A stretch of DNA of 32,000 nucleotides from assembly GCF_004376175.1 (NCBI RefSeq), contig NZ_SNUY01000017.1, forward strand, positions 1,628 through 33,627, in the 5' to 3' direction. The translations under genes were made by a program, and so were the position numbers. Shown piece by piece: positions 11,277 through 21,413 of the stretch. The stretch's first letter is position 1. Every line of letters starts with the position of its first letter. Below the pieces are notes generated by a model that worked only from the letters and a program-made list of their open reading frames with translations, was not told where the DNA came from and made no database searches. Source of the DNA: Halalkalibacterium halodurans. GTDB taxonomy: Bacteria; Bacillota; Bacilli; Bacillales; Bacillaceae_D.

Positions 11277-11346
11277 GTTTCATCACCACACATCTTTTAG
11301 TAAAACTTGGATTACCGCCAAGTCTTATGAGCGGTAGTTATGTTTT

Positions 11347-11375
11347 TATATACTTTAGCCTTAGCTAGAAGGCAA
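11347..11375 (-). promoter_or_regulatory. Candidate sigmaA promoter for coaX-hslO
   Basis: The minus strand reads TTGCCT (11375-11370), a 17-nt spacer, then TATATA (11352-11347). Confidence 0.35.
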
Positions 11376-11454
11376 ACTTTTCTTCAACTGAACCGTTCTT
11401 TAATCTTGATGGAACCGATTATCATTTTATATACAAAAATAATACCTATGGATA

Positions 11455-11484
11455 TGAAAAGCCCGATGACATTCATCGGGCTTT
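11455..11484 (-). terminator. Intrinsic terminator of ftsH
   Basis: An 8-bp stem pairs GCCCGATG (11461-11468) with CATCGGGC (11474-11481) around a 5-nt loop. It is followed on the minus strand by TTTTCA. Confidence 0.8.
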
Positions 11485-11494
11485 CTAGAGACGA

Positions 11495-13471
11495 TTATTT
11501 CTTTTCGTCATCTTCTTTTACATCTTCAGTGTTAGGCGCTGATTCTTCGCCCTCTGCTTCCTCACCTTTTTTCGAATGAATGTTCACCTTAACTTCTGAA
11601 TCTTGCCCGTTCTCACGCGTTTCAGCAATCTTCTCTGCTAAGTGGTGATTATCTGGAAGCTTTCCATCATGGATCAGTGATTTGATTTGTTCGGCGTCAA
11701 GGGTTTCTAGATCTAAAAGCGTTTCAGCTACAAGGTCGAGGCTTTTCTTGTTGTCCAAAAGGATTTGCTTACAACGCTCATAGCACTCTTTAATAATTCG
11801 TTGCACTTCGAGATCAATCTCATGGGCAATCGCATCACTGTAATTTTGCTCATTTTGAATATCCCGCCCTAAGAAAACTTGACCACCAGATCCTCCTGAT
11901 CCAAATTGCATCGGTCCAAGCTTTTCACTCATTCCATATTCGGTCACCATTTTACGTGCAATGCTTGTGGCTCGCTGGAAGTCATTGTGGGCTCCTGTAG
12001 ACGCTTCACCGAATTGAATTTCCTCTGCTACACGTCCGCCAAGAAGTCCGACAATTTTATCGAGGAGTTCCGGCTTTGTCATAAAATAGCGGTCTTCTTT
12101 CGGAAGCATTACAGCATAGCCACCAGCAACGCCACGAGGTACGATCGTTACTTTATGCACCATATCGGCGTTTTCGAGCTTCACCCCTACGACTGTATGC
12201 CCAGCTTCATGCCACGCCACAATGTTCTTTTCCTTTTCGGAAATGACACGGCTCTTCTTCGCCGGTCCAGCAATGACACGGTCAATGGCTTCTTCAATAT
12301 GAACCATGCTAATTTTCTTTTCATCTTGTCTAGCCGCAACGAGTGCGGCTTCATTTAATAAGTTCTCAAGGTCAGCCCCAGAGAATCCTGGTGTACGAGT
12401 CGCAATCGTTTTAAGATTTACGTCATCAGCAAGCGGCTTATTGCTAGCATGCACTTTTAATACTTCTTCGCGTCCTTTCACATCTGGGCGTCCGACCGTA
12501 ATTTGACGATCGAAGCGTCCTGGACGGAGCAAGGCCGGGTCAAGAATGTCAGCACGGTTCGTCGCAGCGATAATAATAATTCCTTCATTAGCGCTAAAAC
12601 CGTCCATTTCAACGAGCAATTGGTTCAACGTTTGCTCGCGCTCATCGTGACCACCGCCTAAACCAGCACCACGTTGACGACCTACAGCATCAATTTCATC
12701 GATAAAAATAATGCAAGGAGCGTTTTTCTTTGCGTTTTCAAACAAATCGCGGACACGGGATGCCCCTACCCCGACAAACATTTCAACGAAATCTGAACCA
12801 CTTATCGAGAAGAACGGTACACCTGCTTCCCCTGCAACTGCACGAGCAAGCAACGTTTTCCCTGTTCCTGGTGGCCCGACAAGAAGTACCCCTTTAGGAA
12901 TACGAGCCCCAATCGCCGAGAACTTCCGAGGGTCTTTCAGAAATTCTACAACTTCCACAAGCTCTTGTTTCTCTTCGTCAGCACCAGCTACATCCTTAAA
13001 CTTCGCCTTCTTTTTATCCTCATTTACCATTTTCGCCTTGCTCTTACCGAAGTTCATGACACGGCTTCCACCGCCCTGCGCTTGGCTCAACAAGAAGAAG
13101 AATAGGATAAAAATAATGATAAACGGAATGATCCCTGTAAAGAACGTCACCCATCCGCTCGTTTCATCGGCTGGAATGACCTCAAGACCAGCGGCCTCGG
13201 AAATGGTTTCTGCCATTTGCTCAGTCGGGAGTACATAAGTTTCGAAAAACTCATCTTCATCGGCCCCGCGAAGCTGTCCACGTACGAGATACACATCCCG
13301 TTCTGGCTTTATCGACAGACTTGTAATTTCACCCGCCTCTAAATGCTGGGTAAATTCTTCAAACGTAATCTGCTTGGTTTGCGTTTGATCACCTGTAAAA
13401 AAGCTAACGATCCCAACGATTACGAGGAATATTAATAAATAAAATATCGTATTTCGGAATATCCGATTCAT
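11495..13471 (-). CDS. ftsH: ATP-dependent zinc metalloprotease FtsH
   Basis: The protein has two N-terminal TM segments, Walker A GPPGTGKT, and the zinc site HEAGH. I trimmed the start to ATG 13471 ([15 protein letters not shown]...), with GGAGGAGG 6 nt upstream. Confidence 0.96.
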   Translation of the reverse strand: MNRIFRNTIFYLLIFLVIVGIVSFFTGDQTQTKQITFEEFTQHLEAGEITSLSIKPERDVYLVRGQLRGADEDEFFETYVLPTEQMAETISEAAGLEVIPADETSGWVTFFTGIIPFIIIFILFFFLLSQAQGGGSRVMNFGKSKAKMVNEDKKKAKFKDVAGADEEKQELVEVVEFLKDPRKFSAIGARIPKGVLLVGPPGTGKTLLARAVAGEAGVPFFSISGSDFVEMFVGVGASRVRDLFENAKKNAPCIIFIDEIDAVGRQRGAGLGGGHDEREQTLNQLLVEMDGFSANEGIIIIAATNRADILDPALLRPGRFDRQITVGRPDVKGREEVLKVHASNKPLADDVNLKTIATRTPGFSGADLENLLNEAALVAARQDEKKISMVHIEEAIDRVIAGPAKKSRVISEKEKNIVAWHEAGHTVVGVKLENADMVHKVTIVPRGVAGGYAVMLPKEDRYFMTKPELLDKIVGLLGGRVAEEIQFGEASTGAHNDFQRATSIARKMVTEYGMSEKLGPMQFGSGGSGGQVFLGRDIQNEQNYSDAIAHEIDLEVQRIIKECYERCKQILLDNKKSLDLVAETLLDLETLDAEQIKSLIHDGKLPDNHHLAEKIAETRENGQDSEVKVNIHSKKGEEAEGEESAPNTEDVKEDDEKK

Positions 13472-13506
13472 TCCTGACCTCCTCCCACGCACAATCAGCT
13501 TCAACT

Positions 13507-13536
13507 ATCGTACCACAATGGTTTCATCTTTCACAA
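13507..13536 (-). promoter_or_regulatory. Candidate sigmaA promoter for ftsH
   Basis: The minus strand reads TTGTGA (13536-13531), an 18-nt spacer, then TACGAT (13512-13507), preceded by a TGn extended -10. Confidence 0.3.
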
Positions 13537-13539
13537 ACA

Positions 13540-14085
13540 TTAGCTTTCGTAAACTTCAGGCTTGAGAATCCCAATAAACGGAAGGTTTCGATAACGCTCG
13601 GCGTAGTCTAATCCATATCCTACTACAAACGCATCCGGTACCGTGAAGCCTGCCATATCAGGAACGAGGTCGACTTTACGTCCTTCCGGTTTGTCCAGTA
13701 GTGTCACAACCTTCACTGACTTCGCTTTTCGATAATGGAACAGTTCAATCAGATAGCTAAGTGTGAGGCCACTGTCTATAATATCTTCCACAATTAATAC
13801 GTCCCGTCCTTCTACAGACGTATCCAAATCCTTAATAATTTTCACCTCTCCAGAGGAAACTGTTCCTTTACCGTAGCTAGAGACATCCATGAAATCCATT
13901 TCTAAATGAGTATCAATTCGTTTCGTTAAATCACCCATAAATGGCATGGCACCTTTTAATACGCCAATGACGAGGGGAAATTTCCCTTCATATTCTTCGG
14001 TAATCTGTTTGCCTAGCTCGACGATTTTTGCTTGAATCTCTTCCTCTGTTATCAAGATCTCTTGAATCTCATCTCTCATCTTCAA
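13540..14085 (-). CDS. hpt: Hypoxanthine-guanine phosphoribosyltransferase
   Basis: The protein has the PRPP-binding motif [14 protein letters not shown]. The track start is TTG 14085, with AAGGAG 9 nt upstream. ATG 14079 is an alternative start. Confidence 0.93.
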   Translation of the reverse strand: MKMRDEIQEILITEEEIQAKIVELGKQITEEYEGKFPLVIGVLKGAMPFMGDLTKRIDTHLEMDFMDVSSYGKGTVSSGEVKIIKDLDTSVEGRDVLIVEDIIDSGLTLSYLIELFHYRKAKSVKVVTLLDKPEGRKVDLVPDMAGFTVPDAFVVGYGLDYAERYRNLPFIGILKPEVYES

Positions 14086-14117
14086 CGCAAAAAACTCCTT
14101 TTTATACTCTCGTGACT

Positions 14118-15506
14118 TTAAACGTAGTCCTCCAAGCGAACATCCTTGGGGGTAAAGGTAACTTGGAAATCCTGTTTATGTTTCTGTGAAGGGTGATTGT
14201 ATAACCCAGGCACGGATACAATCTCTGAGGATTGATTGAAAACAAGAGGCCAGCGATCCCTTACCTCTCTCTCCACTTTTTTGTCAATAAACAGGCGACT
14301 GACTTTTTTCGTTCCTACGGAGAGGACGATTCGATCCCCTGTTCGTCTAGATCGAACAGTAAGTGGAAAGTCACTAGCAGAACACGTAAACGTAAACGGA
14401 GACACAGAGCGAGGACCACTGACCAACTGCACGACACAAAATCGACCAAAAGGGGTAGAAACTTGGCCCTCACCTTCTATTACTACTGGGTAAACAGGAA
14501 CTGGTTGCTTTTCGCCTGACGCCCTCACCCACCGAATTTGTCCGTAAACCCTCTCGACGGTTATTCCCATCGGTAAGTGTAGCTTCGTCCCTGTTACATC
14601 GTTCCGAATTAACGTTTCGATTCGCTCTATATGTATGAACCCATTAGCTGGAGAATCATTTGTATAAAGATATTTTAATATTAGATGAATCATCCTCCTT
14701 TGTAAAGGGAGACCCACGTTAAGAAAGGCGTCACGATCAATTGTCACGAGATGTTCATCTTTATGCAATAAAACGTCAGCTAATGCATTTTCCGCTAAAT
14801 CAAGAAGGAAGCACTCGTCCTCCTCCTTCCATTCACTGATCCGCCTAAAATGTAGATGAGCATTTGGGTTTTCTCCCCGAATGAAAGGAATGATTGTGTG
14901 CCGAAAACGATTTCGGGTATAGCTAGAGGCATTATTTGAAGGATCTCGCTTGGGTTCAATATTCACTTCTTTACAATAGTGCTCAATTTGTCCTTTAGTT
15001 ATTCCTAAAAACGGACGGACAATCAGAACATCCCCAACTTCTCGCCTAACTGGAATCCCACCTCGACTTAGAGGAAACGTTCCACGCACCTGCTTCATTA
15101 ATATTGTTTCGATTTGGTCATCGCCATGATGGCCCGTCGCAATAAAGGCAGCACCATGCTTTTTGGCTTCAGCTTCCAGCCATTTATAACGAAGCTCTCG
15201 TGCCGTTACTTGAACCCCCTCACCGCTCATTTCCATTCTTTCCTTTACAGGCAGACGCGCACTCGTAAACAGAATGCCGTGGCTGAGGCAAAACTGATGG
15301 ACAAATGTCTCTTCCTCATCAGCTTCCTGTCGTAGTTGATGGTTACCGTGAGCCGCCATTACCGTAATGCCAAGCTGCTCTCGGTGAGAAAATAAGAAGT
15401 GGAGCAAAGCCATCGAATCAGGCCCTCCTGATACTGCTACGATCACGAGCCCTCCAGAAGCAAACAGTCGGTGCTCCTCAATAAAATTAAGAACGTCCTG
15501 TTTCAT
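14118..15506 (-). CDS. tilS: tRNA(Ile)-lysidine synthase
   Basis: The protein has the PP-loop [14 protein letters not shown] trimmed the start to ATG 15506 ([15 protein letters not shown]...). The track extension overlaps the upstream membrane gene. The real start still overlaps that gene by 20 nt. Confidence 0.92.
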   Translation of the reverse strand: MKQDVLNFIEEHRLFASGGLVIVAVSGGPDSMALLHFLFSHREQLGITVMAAHGNHQLRQEADEEETFVHQFCLSHGILFTSARLPVKERMEMSGEGVQVTARELRYKWLEAEAKKHGAAFIATGHHGDDQIETILMKQVRGTFPLSRGGIPVRREVGDVLIVRPFLGITKGQIEHYCKEVNIEPKRDPSNNASSYTRNRFRHTIIPFIRGENPNAHLHFRRISEWKEEDECFLLDLAENALADVLLHKDEHLVTIDRDAFLNVGLPLQRRMIHLILKYLYTNDSPANGFIHIERIETLIRNDVTGTKLHLPMGITVERVYGQIRWVRASGEKQPVPVYPVVIEGEGQVSTPFGRFCVVQLVSGPRSVSPFTFTCSASDFPLTVRSRRTGDRIVLSVGTKKVSRLFIDKKVEREVRDRWPLVFNQSSEIVSVPGLYNHPSQKHKQDFQVTFTPKDVRLEDYV

Positions 15507-15939
15507 AGCGCTGGCCGATGCCTCCTTTTCTATATGAAAACACTGCCAATGCAAACACAAGCCCTGCGGCAATAGCACCTGCTTGTAGCATTGTTTCAAT
15601 GCCTAGTTCTAGTCCGAGCAAATAATCGCCTTCCACGAAGGCTAACATCGTAAAGTAAGCCCGACTCCCAGGCACAAGGGGGATAATGCCAGGAATGCTA
15701 AACGTGGTGACAGGGACCTTATAGTACTTTGCCAAGAGGTGCGAGATCGCTGCACTTGCTAAGGAGGCGGCTGCAGTCGCCACGATCGGCGATGCACCGT
15801 ATATGGGAAGTAAGGAAAACACTAGCCAGGAGTTAGCGCCAATAAATCCTCCGATCCAAAGGACTTGTTTTGGTACATTAAATAGAATCCCGAAGGCAAC
15901 GGTAGCGATAAACACAAAGAAAAGCTCAATAACAAGCAC
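15487..15939 (-). CDS. ThrE-family exporter, small subunit (YjjB / DUF3815-like membrane protein)
   Basis: The 150-aa protein is very hydrophobic with about 4-5 TM segments. It has a GTG start at 15939 with AGGAGGG 8 nt upstream. It is paired with the upstream DUF1212-like gene, as in YjjP/YjjB. Confidence 0.75.
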   Translation of the reverse strand: MLVIELFFVFIATVAFGILFNVPKQVLWIGGFIGANSWLVFSLLPIYGASPIVATAAASLASAAISHLLAKYYKVPVTTFSIPGIIPLVPGSRAYFTMLAFVEGDYLLGLELGIETMLQAGAIAAGLVFALAVFSYRKGGIGQRYETGRS

Positions 15940-15954
15940 CTAACAATCCCTCCT

Positions 15955-16710
15955 TTATGACAGGAGCGCAATCGCTAGCGCAATTCCTGTTGCAATTGAT
16001 AACGATGTAACAAAGCACTCTGCTCCTCTAGTAACACCTGCAAGCAAATCACCTGAAATTAAGTCGCGAACAGCATTTGTCAGAGGGATGCCAGGCACTA
16101 ATGGCATAAGGGTCCCAATGATGACTTGATCCACATTCTCCCCAAGGCCAATGAGGACAAGTAAAATGGCTACCGCTCCTCCAGTAAAGGCAGCCATAAA
16201 TTCAGCAAAAAACCGAACCTTTAAATAGGATTGAAGATGAACAACCGCCATGCTAGCGACAAATCCCGCGATAAAAGCAGGTAAAGTATCAAACAAATTC
16301 CCGCCAAACAAATAGGAAAAGGCTCCTCCTGCCACCCCCGAGGCGGTGTGCAAAAGAAGCGGCGAATAGTTCATCGGTTGTTTCGCTATGTTCTGTAATT
16401 TTGTTAAGGCTTCGGCTGCATCAATTTCTCCATTCACAAACTCACGGGATACTTGATTAACCAAGGTGACTTTATTAAGATCTTGCATCCGATCATCCAC
16501 GCGAATCATTTGCATAACATCCCCTGCCCCTTCTTCTTCGAAGGACAAGAAGATGCCCGTGGTCGTCACAAAGCTGTGGACGTTCCGAAATTGACCCGCC
16601 TTCGCCATTCGCTCTAAAGTTTCTTCCACTCGATACGTTTCCGCACCGTTAATGAGCATAATTTCCCCGGCAAGCATACAAATATCCATCATTTCGTCTG
16701 CTCTTACCAT
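15955..16710 (-). CDS. ThrE-family threonine/serine exporter, large subunit (YjjP / DUF1212-like)
   Basis: The 251-aa protein has a soluble N-terminal part (...LINGAETYRVEETLERMAKA...) followed by TM segments. This pattern is characteristic of the ThrE/YjjP family. Confidence 0.78.
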   Translation of the reverse strand: MVRADEMMDICMLAGEIMLINGAETYRVEETLERMAKAGQFRNVHSFVTTTGIFLSFEEEGAGDVMQMIRVDDRMQDLNKVTLVNQVSREFVNGEIDAAEALTKLQNIAKQPMNYSPLLLHTASGVAGGAFSYLFGGNLFDTLPAFIAGFVASMAVVHLQSYLKVRFFAEFMAAFTGGAVAILLVLIGLGENVDQVIIGTLMPLVPGIPLTNAVRDLISGDLLAGVTRGAECFVTSLSIATGIALAIALLS

Positions 16711-16743
16711 CCATCATGCCCCCATTCTACACAAAACCTATCA

Positions 16744-17727
16744 TTACATGATTTGTCCAAATAAGTATAGGATAGATAGGAACAGAAGAAAAGAGGCTAT
16801 TAAAAAGATTTCAACAAAATAGGAAGATTTTTTTTCATTGCGACGATCATTTTTGCTTGCTCGTTTAGCGGCACGGCTCGGTCTTGTTTTTACAGAGGAG
16901 GTTGTTTCTTTCCCTGCATGGTTTAGTGCCTGGATCATGTCTTCACGCATCTGATGCGCGGTTTCGTATTTTGATTGGAGCGCGCGAAGCATGATCGGGC
17001 GAAATGGTTTTAGTTGAGGAATGGAGTCCATTTTCCTCTTCATTTGTTGCAGTGGCTTACCTTCCTTCTTGCCAAAATGTTTTCGGTCATAACAGTGCAG
17101 CATGATCATGGCCACTGCAAATAAATCATATGACGGCTCTGCTACTCGTGTCCCTAAGCCCCAATAACCACGATCATAAAATTCGGTAAACTCTTTTATA
17201 GATCGCCCTAAAAGGGTCGTCCCACCTACATCTAACCAACGAATTCGAACAGGAGGGCCTGTTACTAGTAAGTTATCAGGCTTTAAGTCACCAAACGCCC
17301 AGCCAGACTGATGCAATCGATCTAAATCCCCCAGCAGCTGGACGATGAGTAAGCCCAACCACTCTTCTCCTTTGGCTGCCATGAATTGTACAATGTTTGT
17401 GCCTCTCACATACTCCATTGTATAAAAAGGGATCGTTCCGCGGGACGTGACAAAGTCATCTACATCAAGCAAGGAAGGCCCAAGTCGTTCTCCTTGAACC
17501 TTCTGAAAATGCCTTAACACGTTCACTTCAGACGTAATCGCGTAATGGCTATCTGCTACTTTTACCGCAACGTTCCCATGGATCGACTCCGCCAAATAAA
17601 CGGTGCCCGTCGCACCTGATCCTATTTTTCGAATGATCCGATAGCGCTGCTTGTGCCATTTCCCAACGATTCGTGTCCCGCTCGGGAGATTAGAGGCCAG
17701 ACTCTTCAGCTCGTTGTTCTTCATCAT
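16744..17727 (-). CDS. yabT: Membrane-anchored Ser/Thr protein kinase (YabT-like)
   Basis: The protein has a Hanks kinase glycine loop (GSGATGTVY), the catalytic loop GDLKPDNLL, a basic linker and a single C-terminal TM. It follows yabS, as in B. subtilis. Confidence 0.9.
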   Translation of the reverse strand: MMKNNELKSLASNLPSGTRIVGKWHKQRYRIIRKIGSGATGTVYLAESIHGNVAVKVADSHYAITSEVNVLRHFQKVQGERLGPSLLDVDDFVTSRGTIPFYTMEYVRGTNIVQFMAAKGEEWLGLLIVQLLGDLDRLHQSGWAFGDLKPDNLLVTGPPVRIRWLDVGGTTLLGRSIKEFTEFYDRGYWGLGTRVAEPSYDLFAVAMIMLHCYDRKHFGKKEGKPLQQMKRKMDSIPQLKPFRPIMLRALQSKYETAHQMREDMIQALNHAGKETTSSVKTRPSRAAKRASKNDRRNEKKSSYFVEIFLIASFLLFLSILYLFGQIM

Positions 17728-18430
17728 TGCTCAGTAATCTCCTTCTTGAGCCACGTCTACCAAATTGTTCGATTGCAAATCGTAAGGCTGGCCCAGTTGG
17801 TGTAATCCCTCCTAATGACAGCTTATTAAAAATATTGGTCAGTGAATGAATGTGGGGCGTCCAATCTAATTGTTTATCCACATCTTTTCGTTTCCCGGGA
17901 AATGAATAAACAGAAAATTGGTTATCACCCATTCTGGACGTTAAACTTATGGAAAGATCCGTCAGTGCATCTTGTACCATCGGCAGCTTGTTTTTCATGC
18001 TCGCACTAGTATCTACTAAGATGAGCACTTGCAGGGAAACCGTTTCACCGAGCTCATCTACGACTTCCATTACTTGCCCTCTTTTTTCTGGTGATAGACT
18101 TTCCATCTCTGATTCTTTTCCAAAGATTTGTTGTAACTCTTTATTTACTACACCGTGAAGGGTCTGTGTCATTGCTTGTCTGGTCACCATTTGTACCGTT
18201 TGTGATAATTGCTTGGCGTAAACAATCTGGCTTACGCCACCCCCAGCCATGGCAATAGCATCTACTTCTTTCGTACCTTGCTCACCTAAGTGATTATCAT
18301 CTACGACTCCTATGACATTAACGACAATTCCTTGCTCTTTTGCTAACGCTGCTATTGCTACAGGATCTTCACCATGATTAGAACATCCGTCTGTAAGCAA
18401 TAAAATTTGCTTTAATGTACCTTTCTCCAT
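17690..18430 (-). CDS. yabS: von Willebrand factor A domain protein (YabS-like)
   Basis: I trimmed the start to ATG 18430 (MEKGTLKQILLLTDGCSNHG...), with AGGAGGGG 5 nt upstream. It has two vWA-like halves (LLLTDG..., ILVDTSASM). It overlaps the yabT start by 38 nt. Confidence 0.85.
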   Translation of the reverse strand: MEKGTLKQILLLTDGCSNHGEDPVAIAALAKEQGIVVNVIGVVDDNHLGEQGTKEVDAIAMAGGGVSQIVYAKQLSQTVQMVTRQAMTQTLHGVVNKELQQIFGKESEMESLSPEKRGQVMEVVDELGETVSLQVLILVDTSASMKNKLPMVQDALTDLSISLTSRMGDNQFSVYSFPGKRKDVDKQLDWTPHIHSLTNIFNKLSLGGITPTGPALRFAIEQFGRRGSRRRLLSNDEEQRAEESGL

Positions 18431-18588
18431 CTCAACCCCTCCTATGAGACTCATTACTATCATGCTTGTCAAGAAGGGAGATTTTTATACCTTTACAATG
18501 TTGCCACTTGATTTAAAAGACTTGTTTTATTGCCATACCCTCTCTCGCAAAAATCTGTTTTCTTATACAATAATCATATACATTCATG

Positions 18589-21087
18589 TTATTGTGCCTT
18601 CTTCCTAAGAATACGTTTTGGCTTATGCATGGGGATCGCCGCCCATTTTGGCATGTTTCGCTTCACCTTTGCTACGATGATCGTCATATCATCATCAATC
18701 TGACCTTTTTCCGTTCGTAGCACTCGTTCTAGTAACAAGTCTGCTAGCTCTTGTGGATCGTCTGTCTCCATTTCTGAAACGAGACGCTTGATCCACATTT
18801 CTCGGTTTTCTACATGACGGGGCGCTTCCAAAATTCCATCGCTCATCATAATGAGCAAATCTCCCGCTTTTAGCTGCTCACTTACGACGTCCACATCAAA
18901 CTCTTGAATAATGCCCATCGGCAAATTACCAGCCTCCATTTTGATTACTTTGTTGCCTCGTTTAATGAAGCTTGGGATTGAGCCAATTTTCAAAAATTTC
19001 GCTGTAGCATCATGCAAATCAATCATCGCTAGATCAAGTGTCGAAAACACTTCATCTGTCGTGCGCAACGATAATACGGAGTTGATGGATTTAATCGCCA
19101 CCGTTTCTTCGATCCCCGACTGTAAAATTTTTTGTAACAGCTGAAGCGTATCGTTACTTTCTAAATGAGCTCGTTCACCATTGCCCATTCCATCACTTAT
19201 GGCGATTGCGTATTTTCCCGATCCTAGCTCAATGGTCGAATAACTATCTCCAGAAATCCAGCCGCCCCCTTTGGCTACATGGGCAACCCCCGTTTCCACA
19301 ACAAACTGCTTCGCAGAACCAAAGGATACATGCTGATAGCCGTTAGGGTAATAATGTCGCTCTTCATGTTTGACGATGATCGTTTCACCTAACATGTCGG
19401 AGAGCATTGGAGCAATGATCTTCTCTGCCTGCCCGTGACCAGAATCATCAGCTATGCTCATGTCGATCTCCATATTTCCTTTTTCGAGTTGAAAAATATC
19501 CACATGGCCAATCTCTAAGCCAACACTCCGTAAAGCCTCTAAAATTTGCTCCTCCTCTAGATGATGCTCCTGACGCTCTTTTTGAATTTCTTTTGCAAAA
19601 TCCCCCATCACTCGTGACACACCCAGGAGTTGATCAGCTACAAGTTTCCGACTCTCCATCACTTGGTGCCTCAGCTTCTGGTGCGCAAGGTGTTGAGTAT
19701 GCTCTTGTTGGATCGCTTGCATCACCTTATCGGGTTTAATGCAATGCTGCTTCCATTCAACAAGTAATCTCTTATCTATGACTTCCCCATTTTTTTCAGT
19801 TTCGATCATAAGCCGTTGCATCGCATCATAGGTTGTATTAAAGTTACGAACCCAGCACTTTTCCTTTTTAAAACACGCTTGGCATGTTTTTTCGGTTACA
19901 TTACTTAGTACGTAGTCCCACTCTTTTTCCGCATCCTCTGTAGCAGCACTCGTAGGTGTAGAAAAACTGGTCGACAACGTTTGGAAAAGATTTGAGAATT
20001 GTTCGACCCTTCCTGCTGTGATATCGCGGATTTTTCGCAAGTATTGCTGCTGCTCTTTCGAATACTCTGTCGTTCCAGGAATGTAGCGAGCGATCGCATG
20101 GATCCACCCTTTTGGCGTGATCAAAAAGATTGCAATGGCAACTGCTGTTTCCATCATCGTTAGTTGAATATTGGTCCCCCCTTCACCGTAGAGACCGATC
20201 AACATCGTACCAACAAGAAGTCCGAGGCTGACACCTACTTTCTTACCTTCTTTTAGTAGACCACCAAGAAGACCAGAAAATGCAAGGAGGCTCATTTGAT
20301 AGAGACTAGCCACACTCGCTAAACTCAAGATTAACCCTGTAACAACGCCTACGGTCGATCCGATCGCTGCACCTCCAACGAATGCGAAGATTAACACGAG
20401 ATAACGGGCAAACATATGCTCAACTGTTAACCCATAGAAGAACCATCCGACCGTACCCGTCATAACAGAAGCAAGTAAAATCACAAGACATACAATCTCT
20501 TCATTCCGCAAAGGCTGCTGAATACGTTTAGCCGTCAGCAATGGGACACTTTGCAAAAAGATCAGTGTTAAGATAAAGCTTAACCCACCCTCAACAATCG
20601 CCATCATGACTGCATAGTTTGAGATAGCCCCTTCAATTAAATAGACTAACCCTAGCCTAGAAACCACGCTGGCGATCAATACCGAATAGGGGACGATTTT
20701 TTTTCGTTGATCCGTAAAGCGTTCTGTTACCTTTTGGAAGAGGAGGAATGCGACCATGGCCACGATGACAAAGCCAACCTCTTGGTGAAAGCTCGTAACA
20801 GCGCCGGCAAACATAGCAATCGCCGCAAGCATCAGCTTGTCCTTTTTCAATAAATAAACAGCGGCTAGGAATGGAACAACAAACGGCGTCAACTCTTCTA
20901 AAATGACCGCACGCCCAAGCAAAAAGCCGACAATCGCCAGGAGCAACCCCCATTGATAAAAGACAATCGCTCCCCCTTTGGTAAGAGATTGACTAACTGA
21001 CCGAATGAAACGATTAACCCGTTCTACCCCTTTCCACTCCAATCTAAATCCCACCATCTCTTTTGTTAGCTTCCGAATCATTATCAT
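18589..21087 (-). CDS. spoIIE: Stage II sporulation protein E (PP2C phosphatase activating sigmaF)
   Basis: The roughly 830-aa protein has about 10 N-terminal TM segments, a central domain and a C-terminal PP2C domain (...AISDGMGNGERA..., LLIMMSDGILE). The start is uncertain among ATG 21087, 21081 and 21057. Confidence 0.93.
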   Translation of the reverse strand: MIMIRKLTKEMVGFRLEWKGVERVNRFIRSVSQSLTKGGAIVFYQWGLLLAIVGFLLGRAVILEELTPFVVPFLAAVYLLKKDKLMLAAIAMFAGAVTSFHQEVGFVIVAMVAFLLFQKVTERFTDQRKKIVPYSVLIASVVSRLGLVYLIEGAISNYAVMMAIVEGGLSFILTLIFLQSVPLLTAKRIQQPLRNEEIVCLVILLASVMTGTVGWFFYGLTVEHMFARYLVLIFAFVGGAAIGSTVGVVTGLILSLASVASLYQMSLLAFSGLLGGLLKEGKKVGVSLGLLVGTMLIGLYGEGGTNIQLTMMETAVAIAIFLITPKGWIHAIARYIPGTTEYSKEQQQYLRKIRDITAGRVEQFSNLFQTLSTSFSTPTSAATEDAEKEWDYVLSNVTEKTCQACFKKEKCWVRNFNTTYDAMQRLMIETEKNGEVIDKRLLVEWKQHCIKPDKVMQAIQQEHTQHLAHQKLRHQVMESRKLVADQLLGVSRVMGDFAKEIQKERQEHHLEEEQILEALRSVGLEIGHVDIFQLEKGNMEIDMSIADDSGHGQAEKIIAPMLSDMLGETIIVKHEERHYYPNGYQHVSFGSAKQFVVETGVAHVAKGGGWISGDSYSTIELGSGKYAIAISDGMGNGERAHLESNDTLQLLQKILQSGIEETVAIKSINSVLSLRTTDEVFSTLDLAMIDLHDATAKFLKIGSIPSFIKRGNKVIKMEAGNLPMGIIQEFDVDVVSEQLKAGDLLIMMSDGILEAPRHVENREMWIKRLVSEMETDDPQELADLLLERVLRTEKGQIDDDMTIIVAKVKRNMPKWAAIPMHKPKRILRKKAQ

Positions 21088-21115
21088 CCACCACCCATTT
21101 TAAGATCGTGACTCC

Positions 21116-21148
21116 ATTAAAACATGTCCAAAAGAAAGATTTTGTCAA
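21116..21148 (-). promoter_or_regulatory. Candidate spoIIE promoter with an over-long spacer
   Basis: The minus strand reads TTGACA (21148-21143), a 21-nt spacer, then TTTAAT (21121-21116). A 21-bp spacer is the known peculiarity of the Spo0A-activated B. subtilis spoIIE promoter. Confidence 0.45.
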
Positions 21149-21174
21149 AATGGGAAAGTGAAAACAAAGAAATG

Positions 21175-21190
21175 TTCGACTCATTTCGGC
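21175..21190 (-). promoter_or_regulatory. Tandem 0A-box-like repeats (candidate Spo0A~P sites)
   Basis: The minus strand reads GCCGAAA (21190-21184) and AGTCGAA (21181-21175), offset by about 9-10 nt, versus the consensus TGTCGAA. They lie about 27-42 nt upstream of the -35-like TTGACA. Confidence 0.35.
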
Positions 21191-21391
21191 TCCATTCAGA
21201 CTGTTTAGCCAAAACGACTGATGAGTTGAATCGAGGAAAACGCACAATCTTGGAAAAACGAAAGACTGATAGGGAAATGTGAGGAAAGAAAAAAACGAGC
21301 AATAATTGCAAAAGTGGACTGATCGATATTTCATGAAGGAAAGCAGATACGATTAAAGGAAATAGAAGCGAGGAAAACTTTCTTAATGATC

Positions 21392-21413
21392 AAGAAAACT
21401 CGGTGATGCCGAG
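21392..21413 (-). terminator. Small secondary terminator-like hairpin
   Basis: A 5-bp GC stem pairs CTCGG (21399-21403) with CCGAG (21409-21413) around a 5-nt loop. It is followed on the minus strand by TTTTCTT. Confidence 0.3.

Noticed and set aside
12711-13238. A 175-aa plus-strand ORF. Similar antisense or alternate-frame ORFs occur at 1198-1572, 2880-3248, 9030-9359, 11906-12358, 19901-20107, 20657-20953, 22662-23036, 23183-23530, 28510-28734 and 30726-31094.
   Set aside because: All are fully embedded in strongly supported conserved genes (ftsH, lysS, dusB, cysK, spoIIE, yabQ, yabP, mfd). They lack SD sequences and any family resemblance, so they are typical shadow ORFs.
21044-21334. 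Minus-strand ORFs of 96 and 64 aa upstream of, and overlapping, the spoIIE start
   Set aside because: They have no SD before either start and are low complexity (Phe/Ser/Leu-rich), which reflects the pyrimidine-rich strand. One runs out of frame across the spoIIE promoter and into the spoIIE coding start. I treat them as non-coding.
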